The position numbers and the translations under genes were made by a program. A stretch of 64,000 nucleotides of DNA from the human T2T-CHM13v2.0 reference genome, Homo sapiens: NCBI RefSeq assembly GCF_009914755.1, contig NC_060942.1; one strand, given 5' to 3'. Under the pieces are notes generated by a model. That model had not been told where the DNA came from. It worked only from the letters and a program-made list of their open reading frames with translations, and ran no database searches. This document shows, one piece after another, positions 11,273 through 25,614 of this stretch. How positions within the stretch are numbered: position 1 is the first letter of the stretch; each line of letters opens with the position of its first letter.

Positions 11273-13634
11273 ATAAAAGCCTGGATTTAGACCCATTTTA
11301 GTACTAGTACATCCGTGACCCTGAGTGCATTACTAACAACTCTGTGGTAGGATTCCTCATTTATATCGAATAATACTTGAATCTGCCTCATATGATGCCA
11401 TGACAATGAGACATATTCCTTCACGTGAAGTTCTGAGAACAGGGTCTGGTTACACCAACATAGATTCACTATGATTATTGTTACCACTGCACGTACTAGG
11501 AAATCAACAGAGAATATTTAATTCTCTGGGATTATTACTCAGGAAATAATGGCTTGGCAGTGGGATTTGTTGCAATTTTTTATTCAAAACAGTTTTCTTA
11601 TTTTTACTGTTTTATTTCTTTCTGAAGTTAATATATATTTCTTAGCTAATTTTAACTATAGAGCAATTAAAACAAATGCCAGTAACTATGAAATTAATTT
11701 CAAAAATTAACTTAAATTTTTCATAAAACAGTTTGTGTTCAATCATTTGTTCAAAATCAATAATCCTCATCTGGGGATTATGTGTGGTAAATTACTTAAA
11801 TGTCCTGTGTTCTGGATTATTGCATAGCAAGAAATCAGAGAAATTAGGAAAAGAAAACTTATCCCAGTCAAAAGATACATTGAATACCAGAATAAATATA
11901 TTATTTAAATCTCTATATATTAAAATGTTGTAAATTTTACACAATGTTTATTTGCCTGGTAATCTTTTTTAACTTAGTGATTGAGAGGTTTTACTTGGTA
12001 GATGATAAACCTATGGAAATAGCTTATCTCAATAGGGCAGCAGTGCTAGTTGCCATTGAGCACAACACTCAACTGCCTTTTGGTATTCTATCAGATTGGC
12101 ATTAATGTCCCACATGGAGTCAGGACACATACTAATTCTGAACAGAAAGCATATTCAACATTTGAGGACATGTATTAAGCAAATATCATTATCAGCTGAA
12201 ATACTTCAGTGTTCACATCAATAATAAGCAGTGTGATAAACAAGATGAATGCTAGGGAAATAAATCAGTTTGAAGAAGTCTTCCAAATTTAATAGAGGTG
12301 ACAATATTTGAAGGTCCTACACAAATATTCCTCCAAATGTATTAGCAGAATTCCAAGCCTCAAGTGAACATGTTATATGCTAAACTTTCTACCTAGATCA
12401 AAAATCCCTTAGAGCACTTATTTCACTGTTCTATACTGAAGAACCATTTGATAAGGTGTTGTTTTTATTGATGATGATGAAAATGAAAATCATAATGACA
12501 ATGGAGGTGATGCTACTGTCTTAGAAGCACCATGGTCTTGCTAGAGGGAAGGAAAGAGCTTGAAAAGAGAAGAGATGGAAAACAACCTTGGAGAAGATTT
12601 ACAAGTAACTTAAAGATCTGTAAAGCTGCATTTTTAATAAATTCAGTGGGTAGAATAATAATGCTTTATTTCCAAACACACATAGGAGTCAAAATGAATA
12701 GACTGAAAGGCAGAGATTCGCCCCCCAGCTGTGCAGGGATCATCAGACCATTATTGAGATGCTTATCCTCTGCAAAAATGGCTTGTGTTGAAATTATTTT
12801 TTAAGGGCATCATTTCTTTTAGAAAAACTTCATTACTAATTTGCCAATTGAATATCCCATAAGATATTGGAAGGCATTAGTGAATATAGAGTGAGTATTT
12901 TGATTTAAAAAACATGTGCGTCCCCTGTTGTTCAATAATAATGGGGATGAATAACGTCTACTTTAGGTTTTCAAATGTAATTTATGGTGATAAGACTTTT
13001 AGACGGGATGGATGAGCTGATGGATGATGTACATATAGTTGAAACTCAGGTAATGACTGTGACATGTTTTGCATTAGGTTATGATAATGTGAAAACAATC
13101 AAAGTAATATTTTTTTAAAAAACTGCCAAGAAGAAAAGTGAAATAATAAACTCCATTATATCAAGTGCTCTGATTTTTCAAATGCCTTCAACATCTTCAG
13201 TCCTAGTTTAGGAGGTGCTCTGCCTAACAAAACACAACCAGTTGAAATCTTCAGTGGGGTGGAGGAGGGAGTGATGTTAGGGACGTTTTCAGATTCAACA
13301 TTGAATAACCCATATATCAGCTCTATAAAGAACAGTGATGACAGTAGATGGTAGGTAAATTAGCTCTTGCATTTTTTTCTTTATACTATTTCTGTATTGT
13401 CTGATTTTTTTTAAAAAACAGTTATTCATATAATTAGTTACACAATTAAAAATTATCTATTTTTTAATGGAGTAAAAATCAGTCATTAGTATTCTTATAG
13501 ATTTAGTAACTATCTACAATTAATGACTCTTGGAGGGAAGAAGAGTTAATATAAGATTGGATGAGGGCAATTTTAATGCAAGTTAAATTGATTTTACAAG
13601 TCTACAAATCTAGTGGGTGGTATCGATTTTTTAA

Positions 13635-13940
13635 ATTATTATTTTATTTTTTATTTTTTTGAGATGGAGTCTCTCTTTGTTGCTCAGGCTGGAGTGCAGA
13701 GGCACCATCTCAGCTCACCGCAACCTCCGCCTCCTAGGTTCAAGAGATTCTCCTGCCTCAGCTTTCCCAGTAGCTGAGACTACAGGCGCGTGCCACCATG
13801 CCCAGCTAATTTTCGTATTTCTAGTAGAGATGGGGTTTCACCATATTGGCCAGGGTGGTCTCAATCTCTTGACCTCGTGATCCACCCATCTTGGCCTCCC
13901 AAAGTGCTGGGATTACAGGCGTGAGCCACCGCGCCCGGCC
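13635..13940 (-). mobile_element. Alu (AluSc-like)
   Basis: Full dimer; 'atctcttgacctcgtgatcc' Sc-type diagnostic; GATTTTTT on both flanks. Confidence 0.95.
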
Positions 13941-14249
13941 TTAGATTTTTTTTGTCTCAGGTATTCACCACATATTAGGAGGACAATCAGAGCACACAGA
14001 ACATACTTTGAACTGATTACCATGAAAAATGTGCTAAATACTCAAAGCCAAACAAATGTGGATTAAAAAAAAAACAACAAAAACAACCAAGCAAAATCTC
14101 TTCACATCCATATCTAGTTACAGTATACCCAACTGGTCAATAATTAAGCAATATTTACATTGAAGTTCTATAACTTCTTCACAAGCCATTGTGAGCTCCC
14201 CAAGACCTTCTTTTTCTTTATGAGGTGTGAGGTTTGAGATAATATCTAT

Positions 14250-14436
14250 TAATTTTTAAAAAATATGTATGCCCTTTGACCTAACAACTTAACTTTCACT
14301 ATACAGATCTTTACATACTTTGGCAAAGTGATATATGGAAGCTATTCAATTCAGAATTGTTTATAATAGCAAGGAACAATAAATAACGCACATGTCTTCC
14401 AATAGGAGATGGGTTATATAAATGGCAGCACATCCA
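14250..14436 (+). mobile_element. Old L1M (L1ME/MC) 3' fragment
   Basis: 'atgccctttgacctaacaa', 'attgtttataatagcaa', 'atgtcttccaataggagatgggtta' are typical L1 ORF2-end/3'UTR motifs. Confidence 0.7.
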
Positions 14437-17400
14437 GATTCACTCCTGCTTTATCTGCTCATTCATTTCCATTAGTTCTCCAACTCAGAAGATACCTCGG
14501 GTCAATTCTGCAGTGATATAATCTCCTAATACCCTTAAATTTTTCTTCATAGATTTTTCTTCATCACAATCCTCATTACACACTTATGTGCTCAATAATG
14601 TGTGTGTGTATGTTTTGTTTTGTTGTTTTGGTCGTTTTTGGTCTGCTTCCTTCACTATTTTACAAAAAAAGCTGCAGCTGCTTCCCTACACATCCCACCA
14701 TTGGAAGACAACATAGGATAACGTCCCGAATATTTTATAAGTCCCTGGCAGACAGAAAATGCCGTAGACATGTAATGTGCAAAGCCTGGTGATCTCAGTG
14801 CATGGTATAGTAAGTTTCCATTGTATGAAGTGCTCGGATTTTTCATCCATATGGGCTGTTAGGGAAAAGGAGCAAGTTAGCATCTGAGAAGACTTGGACT
14901 CTGTAATGATGCCAAAGAGAAAATAAATTGGCCAAACTCGATGTTGTTCTGGATAGCAATTAAGTGGGCAAGGGCACAGTATTCAAAAAGGTGTTCCTAG
15001 TTAAGGTGTACTTATTATAGGCAACTCAGTCTGGTAGAGAACGCATAGGAGCTGAAATGGAGAAAACAGTCATATGAAGGAGGGCTGGAGAAGCTCATCA
15101 TAGTACCAGGGGACCCACATTCCAACTAAAGTTTAGGAACAGGCACCAGCTCTAGCTGTACTTAGACAAGCTAACCAGATAGAATGCAAAAATAGGAGTC
15201 CTTGGTGAACATTGAGTGCTAAACACTAGAGAAGCAATGTGTACAGAAACATAGGCTGGAAAGAAGCTGATATTTATTAAAAACCCATTTCTATGCTTTG
15301 CTTATGAAAATGGAGGGGTTGGATGGGGAAATAAAGTGTGAGCACTTAATTCTCTCTTGTCCCAGTGAAGTCTTGAGTCTAGGTGGCAAGGTTCTCTCTA
15401 GCATGGGGGAACTTCTCACACACCCTGGCCTTTTCAGGCTTAGAGAATACTCCTTGTGAGCATTTACATGACTAGAGTCATATAAGAAAGTGCTGCATGG
15501 AGATCTACCTTCCTCCATCAATGCTGCAGTCACAGGCTCAGAATTGGGGGTTGTCTTTGTTCTTCTCCTGCAGATAGTATGTATGGAGTAAGAGGAGATA
15601 AAATCACTTATTCTGATGTTTTCATCATAGTCTCTTTGACTGTGGATCCTTAGTGAAGGATAATGTTTTGGAAAAGTTCAATATTAAAATGTTATTTTCC
15701 GTAAAGTAACCATTACCTTAATAATTTATAAATGTTAATCCGTAATGGATAGGATAGTAATTCAACCTCATTACTGATATAAGTTTAAACGGATGGTCTG
15801 GGAATCTAACTTTTTAAACATGGTTTCAATGGGAACATAAGTTCTGAGTTCCAAACATATAATTTCAAAAGAGTCCTATGGGATCATCTGTTTTTTATGT
15901 CAATGCCACTTTTATTTATGTTAGCTTCCAGTTTTTATTAGGCTTAATAAAGTAGTACTCAAAATAGTTTATTAAACAACTAGAACAAACAGAAATTTGG
16001 CTGCCTGACAATCAACTGTTTAGTCCTCTGAATAAAAGTGAAAGCTATTCTCATTCAGTGTCACTCCCCACATACACATACCTTCGAGACAGCTGAAGCA
16101 GCCTCACTTGTTGTCCTCACGCCAAAACCCAGGAGACTAAGAGAAAAAGCAAAGCAAAGCCTCAAGTCTGAGGTCTTTTATTCAACCCCATGACCTATGA
16201 TAACATAAAGAAATTCATTTTCTTTTTAGTGAGACCTCATTTTGTAAAAGATAAGCTTCCTATGTATTGAAATGTCCTCTATCCCCTCAGGGCATAGACA
16301 CCCCAAACTTGAGAATGCTATTTCTGTCTTTCCTGAGTATACATTCTTTGGAAAGTCTCTTAACATTTCCGTGCCTGCCTTCGCCCTTCTGCAAATTAAT
16401 CTTGTAATACCCATTTTGAAAGAGTGATAGGGAGCTTTTGACATGTGTAACAAGGACTTTGAGATCCTCAGATGAAAGAAGCCTCAGATGTACAAAAGCA
16501 TTATCTTTATTGTGTGTGCATTTTCTCCTATGGTCTAACTAAGGGGAGGGATTAGGGGAGATTAACTGTGCATATGATCTGTCTAATCGGTTAAGGAGAG
16601 TGCGGAATGCTCATGACCTTCAAGAACACCAAATAAAACAGCATGTGCCAAGGCAGTTTCCTGAGTTTACTTTATTATTTCAGCAGAGGTTAAGCTAGGG
16701 GAGTGATGGAAGTGCTTGAGTTTTGAGACAATACAATTGAAAAGGCGCAGAAAGGTAAAAGCCTTGGAAACGTGTATGCATATCAAGTGAATAAATACAG
16801 CAATGATCTTGGGCCTTATGACAAAAAATTTTAAATTCCGTTTTTTATTCTGCTTATTCAGTGTGCTTCGTGAGGTAAAGAAATACACTAGTTCTGATTT
16901 CACTCCTCCTAAAATGAATTTAGGAACAGAGGCCACTTCCTTTAATCTTTCCAATCCCTGCATTCTTCAGTTATAGATAAGATTCAATAATAGGTGCTCA
17001 GTTCCTTTAGCCTATTGAGAGAGATGTATTAGACAAATAGAAAGAAATTACCTTGGAGAGAAAGCCATGATTATTGTTCCAAAGGTCAATAAAGTTAGAG
17101 AAATTGTTAATCACAAAGATTTTAAATTACATTGTGAGTCCCGCCCTTCAGCTTTGCAAGTTCTTTTCAAGTCCATCAACCAATCCTAAGAAGGAGAGCG
17201 ATGTGCTTTCTTTGGCTTAGTGAATATTACAAAATGTAATCACTTTCCTTTCCTAATAACCCCATTGTCCTTTAACTTTTAATCATGCTTCACCTATCCA
17301 TTCACACATATGCTCTTAGATTAGGTTATATTACATCAACATGAGCTCAATAGGACAGTAGTTTGGAAGTAGGAGCTATCCTCTCTTCGTTTGCTCCCTG

Positions 17401-18604
17401 TGCATGTCCCAAACTCACATACACACATTATCTGACTTCTCTCTTTCTTACTCCTTAAATTCCTTAAGCTTTTGAGCCTCAAATATTGTCAATGTCTTAT
17501 ACTTAAAGATCACAACTGTGTGCCTATGTAATTTTTTTTACTGTAAATAAAATACCATTTTCTCCATAAATTGTGTCCAATGTAAAATGATTTTATATAT
17601 TGGAATACCTCTAAGTATCATTTTGATGACTAACACATTAAAACATCTTGGTAAAAAGAAGTGCGAAAACATGTACGGTGATAGAGATACAAAGCTAGAG
17701 CATCCACTTACTTTTCATAGCAGGCGCCAGTACTATTTTAAAACACAAGACATTAATTTACCTGTAGAAATATGGTGGCCATGTGCACCCACACCTCACA
17801 TGATACTGATCACTTATATCATTTACTTTTACATAGAAGTAAAAGAGCACTGGGCTTTCATATATGTTACAATAGTAGTATGATAGGGTATCACACAAAG
17901 ACAAGTTGGTTGTCTCTCAGGACATGCGTATCTGGGATTCTTGCATGACAATATCACTACTGCTAAGCGACTGTCATTTTTAGTACATAATTTACTATTC
18001 ATTTATATTGTGGCTGTACACAAATATTCATAGCATACAGAACATTTATAAATTGACCTTCCAAAGTATGTATCAACCACATCCATAGCATATATACTAT
18101 AAGATGTGTCAAATTTTTTATAGAGCTTTAGAGTTAGAAAATGCTTTTACATATTGTATATGATACTTTCAAGATGTGGGCAGGCAGCTTATAGATGACC
18201 TCTGAGTTAATTGCAGAACTAATAAGATGCAGAAGATGAACTTATTCTATGTGTTCTGATGCAAATGCTCTCTGTCCAATCTCATGCTATTTCTCAATTG
18301 TGGGGATAACAATACAATGGAATTTGCCAGAGAAATGGAAACTGAATAGGTACAATTATCTAGAGTCTTTGGAGGCTCCAAATTATTCTTATGTAAAGGA
18401 GTTAGGAACTGTCACTGTTTCTGAAGCTAAGGAGAGGCAAGAACAAATTATTCTCCTTCCTCTATATTACTAGTTACATAGAGACCTAGATATGTGGTGA
18501 AGATCTAACGAGAAAATGACAATGGTTTGTAAGCATTCATCTATAAATAAAAATATTAAAGTCATTATTATAACTATGGTTTTTGAAGAGATTATGAATT
18601 GGAT

Positions 18605-18715
18605 GTAGCCATACCACTCACTGTATTAGAGGTGCTGTGAGGATTAATACAAGTGATGTCTATCAAATTCTTATCACATTCCCTGATTTCACAGTAAACA
18701 TAAAATACTTATTAT
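18605..18715 (+). mobile_element. MIR 3' fragment
   Basis: 'gaggtgctgtgaggattaata...cttatcacattccctg..cacagtaaac'. Confidence 0.55.
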
Positions 18716-20806
18716 ACTTCATCACTATTATCATCACCAGCATCAGCATCACTGGCATTATTACAGCTTTACTTGAGAATTTTAAATTATAAAGTGTGAG
18801 GTCTCAGCTGTTAGATATTATTTTTAAAGACTTATTCTGGATCAGAATTATGTACTTAGGAACAAAGGAAATAGTGATGCCATATTACTGAGTAAGCTCA
18901 GAAATTGGAGTCTGAGACAATAAACACATAAACAATGAAACTGAAGTTATAAGTCCCAGCAGTTAGTCCACAGAATAGACCTTTATCTGATTTGTGAATT
19001 AACTATAGCTTGCCCAAACAGCAACCTCTTTGAATGTTACTATGTTTATCAGCATAAAAGCAGAATGATGGTTTTAGGAATGAGGAATGCTGACTGTCTT
19101 CTCCGACTAGACACCTGAGCAATGCTCATTTAACTTCATCTCTTATGTGTACTAGAAACAGAAGGGCTTTCTAGTAAGGCTACTTGCTATGACATCTCCT
19201 ACACACCCACATGCACACCAGTAGAATACTAGAGATAACGTTGCCTTTTTCTCCAGGTTGGTCTTATGTCTAGGCACTATAGTGGTTTTTGAATTTGTAT
19301 GAGCTGAGTGGTATTGTCATGGCCTCCCAGTCTGAAATGTTACACTACACTATGTTCTCTACACTATGCTTACAGTCCCACTATTAATGTTTTCTTTATC
19401 TGTGTTAAGTGTTGCCCTCTCCCACTGTCTTCATTAGAATGCAAATAATACTGAAACAAATATCACATTAAATAAGTATGAATATGTTTATTAGATCAAT
19501 TTCCTTTTACAAGAGACAATAGGCAAAAGGAGAGTGCTGGCTGCCCAGGATAGGAGGAAGACACTGAAGTGAAGGTAAAGAGTTTAAAAAGAAGGTTAAC
19601 TTACCCTTGACACCAGAGCAAAGGTAATAAAAAAAGATGGTACCGTTAAGTTCTCCTAAGCCACTGTGTCTGCCACTCAGTTTTTGTTTTTTACACCTCT
19701 GGATACCATGGCTTTATTTAATTCCATAATGCTACAGATCCATTTCAGAGTCCGATGAATAAATGTCACACTCTTTGCTTTCTGGTTATGGAACTGACTC
19801 CAGTGCTCTCTGAAGATACAACAATCAGTTAGCTCCCGGCATTTAGAGGAATAAAATATGTATTAATGAATATTAAATAATAAGATAAATTAGCAAGTAC
19901 TGGATCATTTTGATTCACACAAGCTATAACATTTATATATATACATGTATGTGTTTATATTTTAGGGTACATGAATCAGAATGCATACGACTTCTAGTAA
20001 TTTATCTTGATTTTTAGTATTTATTAATGCGTAATACTAATAAATTTTAGTGCATACATTTATAAATTTTAATATATATTTGTACAGAGTATGAGTAAAG
20101 TGAGTAAATATTAGAAATAAAAAGAGCAAAATGATAAATGCAACTCCTTCTACACATTAAAGTTTGTTTTATGAATTGAACAACCTTGCAATGTCAAAGT
20201 AGTTTTTAAAGTCTATTGTCTTTTCATTCCTGTCCTGTTTTTCTGTTGAAGTCATTGCAGAAATACTGATATTTCTATCAGAGGGGCAAATACTTAAGGG
20301 TGACATAATCTAGACCTTGAAATTGCTGGAGCAGCTCTCTACAGTTTTGCAGATGGTTCATGTAAAAAGGTACAGAAGGCAAATCATGCAGGTGATAGGC
20401 CCATTATCCTATTTCTGTGTCATTCACCTTTTCCTAATTCTGTTGCCTACTCCCACTGAATCTAAATCTTAAAATAAGTCTGAAGAAGTTATTGCTGCTG
20501 TGGGACAGATGACAAAGGGAAGGACCAAGGAGATTTAAATTTCATTCAGGGACCAAAGAAAATGAGAGGAAGTTCAATAGGTTTTTAATCTAACTGGATT
20601 GTTGGTATGTGTTTGGAGGAAGAGAACCCTCTGAAGCAGGGGGCTAAATGAATGGTTCAGGATTAGAGATCCTATATTGAGGCACTACTGTGACAAATAA
20701 ATTGTACTCTCAACTCCTGCATCATAAACAGAAATGGGTTTTCTACTATTCTTGTGAGAAATAAGAAAATAGGTATTTATAGAGGGAAAGTTATTAAGTA
20801 AAGTGT

Positions 20807-21169
20807 TGATATGGTTTGGCTGTGTCCCCACCGAAATCTCATCTTGGATTGTAGCTCCCATAATTCCCATGTGTTGTGGGAGGGACCTGGTGGGAGATAA
20901 TTGAATCATTGTGCGGTTTCCCCGATCCTGTTCTGGTGGTAGTAAATAAGTCTCACAAGAACTGATGGTTTTATAAGGGGAAACTCCTTTCACTTGGTCC
21001 TCATTCTCTCTCTTGCTTGCCATGAGATGTGCCTTTTGCCTTCGGCAATGATTATGAGGCCTCCCCAGCCACGTGGAACTGTGAGGCCATTGAATCTCTT
21101 TTTCTTTCTTTGTAAGTTACCCAGTCTCGGGTATGTCTTTAATCAGCAGTATGAAAACGGACTAATACA
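20807..21169 (+). mobile_element. THE1 (THE1B/C-type, ERVL-MaLR) solo LTR
   Basis: Starts TGATATGGTTTGGCTGTGTCCCCAC, ends GGACTAATACA; 363 bp; TSD AGTGT/AATGT. Confidence 0.93.
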
Positions 21170-21444
21170 AATGTGAAATCAGGTACCTTATTTCCAGATC
21201 TGCTTTTCTGTTTGTAGGATGTATGAATACATGGACAAATGAATGTTAGAGTTTAAAATAAATATAATAGTAGTAAGATAAATGCAAAGAAGTGTAAACT
21301 ACCTGTGGTTTATATTTGAAAGTCACATATGTGTGTGAAATGTTTATTTATAGCTGTATTATATTTATAATTATTATATTGACAGTTTTATGCTACATAT
21401 AGGGATATATGTTTATATAATTCATAACTACATCAATATACACT

Positions 21445-21520
21445 AACTCATCAAACAATTCAACATTTGTTATGTATCTACTATGTACCAACCATTTTAT
21501 TAGATATAGTTCTTAGAACT
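21445..21520 (-). mobile_element. L2 3' fragment
   Basis: 'attcaacatttgttatgtatctactatgtacca'. Confidence 0.5.
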
Positions 21521-21599
21521 GCGGGTATGGTACCCATTCTCATGTTAGTTACAATGACAATGACAAAAACGCAATAATATCAACAGCAATATATACAAC

Positions 21600-21730
21600 C
21601 TAGTCAGATTTCCAAAACACTTTCACCCACGTTGTTGCCTTTGATTATAATGGCAACCAGATGGAATGTCATTATTATCCCTATTTTACATGTAGAGAAA
21701 CCAAGACTCTTGACCAAAGCCACATGTAAG
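21600..21730 (-). mobile_element. MIR fragment
   Basis: 'attattatccctattttacatgtagagaaaccaagactc'. Confidence 0.6.
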
Positions 21731-23853
21731 TCTTAGAATTTGTTAATACTAAAGATATTTCAAAATATTTATCTTAATTATTTTTACCAGGCCACTTACT
21801 CTTTATGTAGCAATAGCTATAGCAGCCTATTTTGACTAAAAGGAAAGAAAACAAAAGAAGAGGAATAAACTACATTTAACTGCTCCATTGATCTTTTTAA
21901 ATTAATCCACTAGGCTTCTTTTTAGTTCTGTTTTGAATTATTAGTTGACATCACATTCTTTAACCACTAAATGATTAATTATTCTATAAGATTGATGGAG
22001 AATGAGCCTTGGATAGAAACCTAAGATGTCCAAACCACGTACACATTTGAAAATTTTAGTTCTAATCTCTTTATATAGGAAAAAGCATAATTTAAGAAAG
22101 GGCATATTTTTTTAAGCAGGTACATGCTTTCAGTTGCTAATGTATTTTTAAAAGCCAAAGATTAACTCTTGGTTTTATAGATATTGGCCAGAATACACAC
22201 ATATGTACACCTATATGCACGAGCATATGACCAGACATGCGTGCACATATACATCCACGTAATATTGGAATACAATGTTGAACCCATAGTTTATATCACT
22301 CTCATGGAAATACGTTTTCATTCATTTGCTGACTGGAATCCTCTAGAGGGTGACAAAAGACGAGATATATAGCTATCCTCAATTTGAACATATGGCTTGG
22401 CATTGCTTATAGTGACCTTGTGTTAGCTCTTAGCCAGATTTGCCTGGCCAGCCAGCCAGCTATTCTTGACTTCACTATGGTCATCAGGGCCTAATGTCTC
22501 CTTAATGATAACCTTGTCTCATTCCTGTCATGTTAATGGCCTCACGTCAGGAGACAGCTTCACATCTTGGCTGAAACACAAGCTCCCTTAGCTTAAAAGA
22601 TTAATCAGAAGCTTGCAGCTAATAATAGACTGCCCTTCCCACTCCCATTTTAGTACCTGAAGACAAGAACAGGTTGATAAGTATTATTATTGAGTCATAG
22701 ACTTGGAATCATCCTTAAAAGGTCATTTAGTCAATCCCCTCTTCTCCTAGAATTACTGCATATGAGCCATCCCAGTAACTGACCATTCACTTACAGTTGA
22801 TTTAAAAAACCCCTCTGCATCCTGGCTAGTTGCTCCTGGTTTCTTTTTGCCAGAAGTCAAAAGAGGAAGCAGAAACACAGTTATAGAAGTGCAATTGTTA
22901 GTGTTACCTAGATATTTCTTTCCTTCTTTTCAGGCATTAAAGTAGCAAAATGGGCATCTATTGGCCCTGACTTCAGAAGGTATATGGGTAAATACTACTT
23001 CCCTGGGAATAGAACCATTAGCTTTGAAAGCTGGAAGGGAAATAACGACCTAAATATTTCTCTCTCAATTTATAGATGAACAAAGAAGGGCAGAAAGAGA
23101 ACCACAATCCTACACACAAGAGATTTTGAAGTTTCACAAGACAGAATCTACATATAAGAATGGGTATGTATTCACAGTTAAAACTTCTTAGTCTTAAACA
23201 AAAACAAACAGCAAAATTCATTGAGTATAATTTTGTCAGGGGTGAGTATTAGAGTAGGCTTAGTTTGAGTTTATGTTAACTTCTTTTCCAATATCTCATC
23301 TACCTCCTCTAGAAACAAGGATAGAAAATAATGAGCCTCAAGTCTGTAATAAAATGTTGACAATTCATCTTCCATAGTCATTCATATAGGTTTAGTCATT
23401 CTCTTTTAGAGAATAAGAGCAGTAGTAATATTGAGATGCAGCTGGAAATTCCATCTATTCTCCTTTTAAGTCTAAAAGTGGGAATAAAACAAGGAAGCAT
23501 TAGTTGATTATGACTGTAAATAAAATATTTTCTGATTAAAAATATCTATCTTCTTTTTTTGGAGATTTCCATCAAAGGCAGAGTAAATTGTCCCAAGACA
23601 GCAATTCCTGGATTCATTAATATATATATAACCTTATTCTGCTTTGGAGTGGAAATGAAGATTTCTGATCTTAGCGTCTCATAAAATGTTGGGGTTTTAC
23701 ACCTGCACTACTATGTATGAGGGCAGGGGACTTAGAGTATGCCTCTGGACCTGATTTCAGCCCTATGAGAGGGATTTAAAAAAATACAATAAAATGAAAC
23801 AGCTCACGGCACTTAATTAATTTTAAAACATTACAGTATCTATAGTTAATATT

Positions 23854-24332
23854 TGTTATTGGTTGAATGGTATCCCCGCAAAATACACACACACACACAC
23901 ACATATATGTAAATATAAATAAATAGATAGATAGATAGATAGATACATAGATAGATAGATAGATTTAAAGTTCAAACCCATCGCTACTGAAATGCAACCT
24001 TATTTGCAACAGGGTCTTTAGAGATGTTATTAAGTTAAAAAGGGATCATGAAGGAGGGCTCTAATTCCATATGACTGGCGTCTTGATAAAAAGGGAAAGC
24101 ATGGACACAGAGACAAGCACGCAGGGAAGACAATGTGAAGAGACACACTGAAAAGACAGCCATCTACAAGAAAAGAAGGAGGATTGGAAGAGATCCTTCC
24201 TTCAAAGTCCTTAGAAGCAACCCAAACCCTGCCAATATCTTAATTTTGAATTTCTAGTAAGGCAATACATTTCTGTTGTTAAGCCACTCAGTTTATGGTA
24301 CTTTGTTATGGCAACCCTAGCAGACTAATACA
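23854..24332 (+). mobile_element. MLT1B-like (ERVL-MaLR) solo LTR
   Basis: TGTTATTGGTTGAATGG...GCAACCCTAGCAGACTAATACA; perfect 5-bp TSD ATATT. Confidence 0.9.
23884..23963. repeat. Compound STR: (CA)n ... (TAGA)5 TACA (TAGA)4 inside the LTR
   Basis: Read directly from the sequence. Confidence 0.95.
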
Positions 24333-25061
24333 ATATTCTTATTATATTTAAAAAAATATTTCAGAGGGGGTAAGGACCAGAGTCAATTGAAACCCAGGAG
24401 GCTATTTTTTAAATTTTCACTAATTTCCCTAAGTCCACACACGTCTCTCTGTGAAAAGGAATATGGAGTAAGAAGTTCTGAATGGCAGTCATGCCTCTAG
24501 TCACAAACCCCACATTATTTATCCCAGAAGTGGGATTAGTTATGAAACCATAGATCTATGCTTCCTCTTGTATGGCAAAGTATTATTCAGTTGTTAAATT
24601 TCATATACACTTATGATTGATGATTCCTCAGGAAAGGCAAAAATAAAGAAGCTGAGGAAATATAGAAGGAGTGGCCAAAATGCATATTGTACCCAAAGCA
24701 ATGAAGACATCAGGGACAGAGATAATTCCATCTTTAGTAATATTATCTGATTCTCCTCTGGGTATTCTACTTCACATCAAATTTTAAAATGTTATGATGG
24801 AATTAGCATTTCAAATAGTTACATCTAAAAGTATATTGAGCCCATATAAACTATTATTGTTTAGAAAAAACAGAAACCTAAAATTGCCGTTGTTTTAGAT
24901 TTAACCCAGAAATTATTGCCTGTTAAGAAGCACCCCGCAACAACAAAAAAAGAAAACCATAAACAAACAATCAAAAACAAACTTAAACTACAGACCAAGT
25001 AATGGTTTTCTAACACAAAAGAAGACATGAATGAATTCTGAATCGTCAGCAATATTATGCG

Positions 25062-25450
25062 TGTGTGAGTTTGGGATCCACAGAAGCAGATTCTGAGACG
25101 AAGATTAGTGTGCAAGTGAGCCTAAAGAGTGGAGAAATGAGGAAAGGAAATGAGACGGAACCAACCAGTGGTAAAACCCCATCCACAGCCTGATCACATA
25201 GGAAACCTCTGCTTTTAAAGCAGAAGAGCTGAGCTTTCATAACCCAGCGCCAGTCAGTCATTGATTGGCTGAGGACCTTGGGCAGGCGGACTACTCATGA
25301 CTTTGGGTAGAGTGGCTTTCTAACACCAAGAGGCATCACTGCAAGGACATCACAGGAAGAGGACACTGGAAACAAAACATGTTGGGGTGAAACTAAGGGT
25401 TCATGAAAATGGAAAAAGTGATCTTAGGGAATCCAGATGCATAACAATAG
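25062..25450 (-). mobile_element. Old ERVL LTR (LTR16/LTR33-like) fragment
   Basis: 'cagaagcagattctgagacgaagattagtgtgcaagtg' resembles the reverse 3' end of these LTRs; right boundary uncertain. Confidence 0.5.
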
Positions 25451-25614
25451 CTATAATGGCTACTACTGTGGGTTATATTTTTGATAATCTCTCGAATCAT
25501 TTCTTGTTGAGATAAAACGTGGCAATTATGGACCATTGCATGACAGTTTTTGAGATGTCTGTTCAGAAATTCCAAGGCAATGAACTCCTATTTGTGTCAT
25601 CTAATAACTCTACT

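Noticed and set aside
14900-15290. Possible ancient LTR/DNA-transposon remnant (also 17580-17830, 19890-20210, 30390-30560, 60730-62000)
   Set aside because: Resemblance too weak to name a family without a Dfam search.
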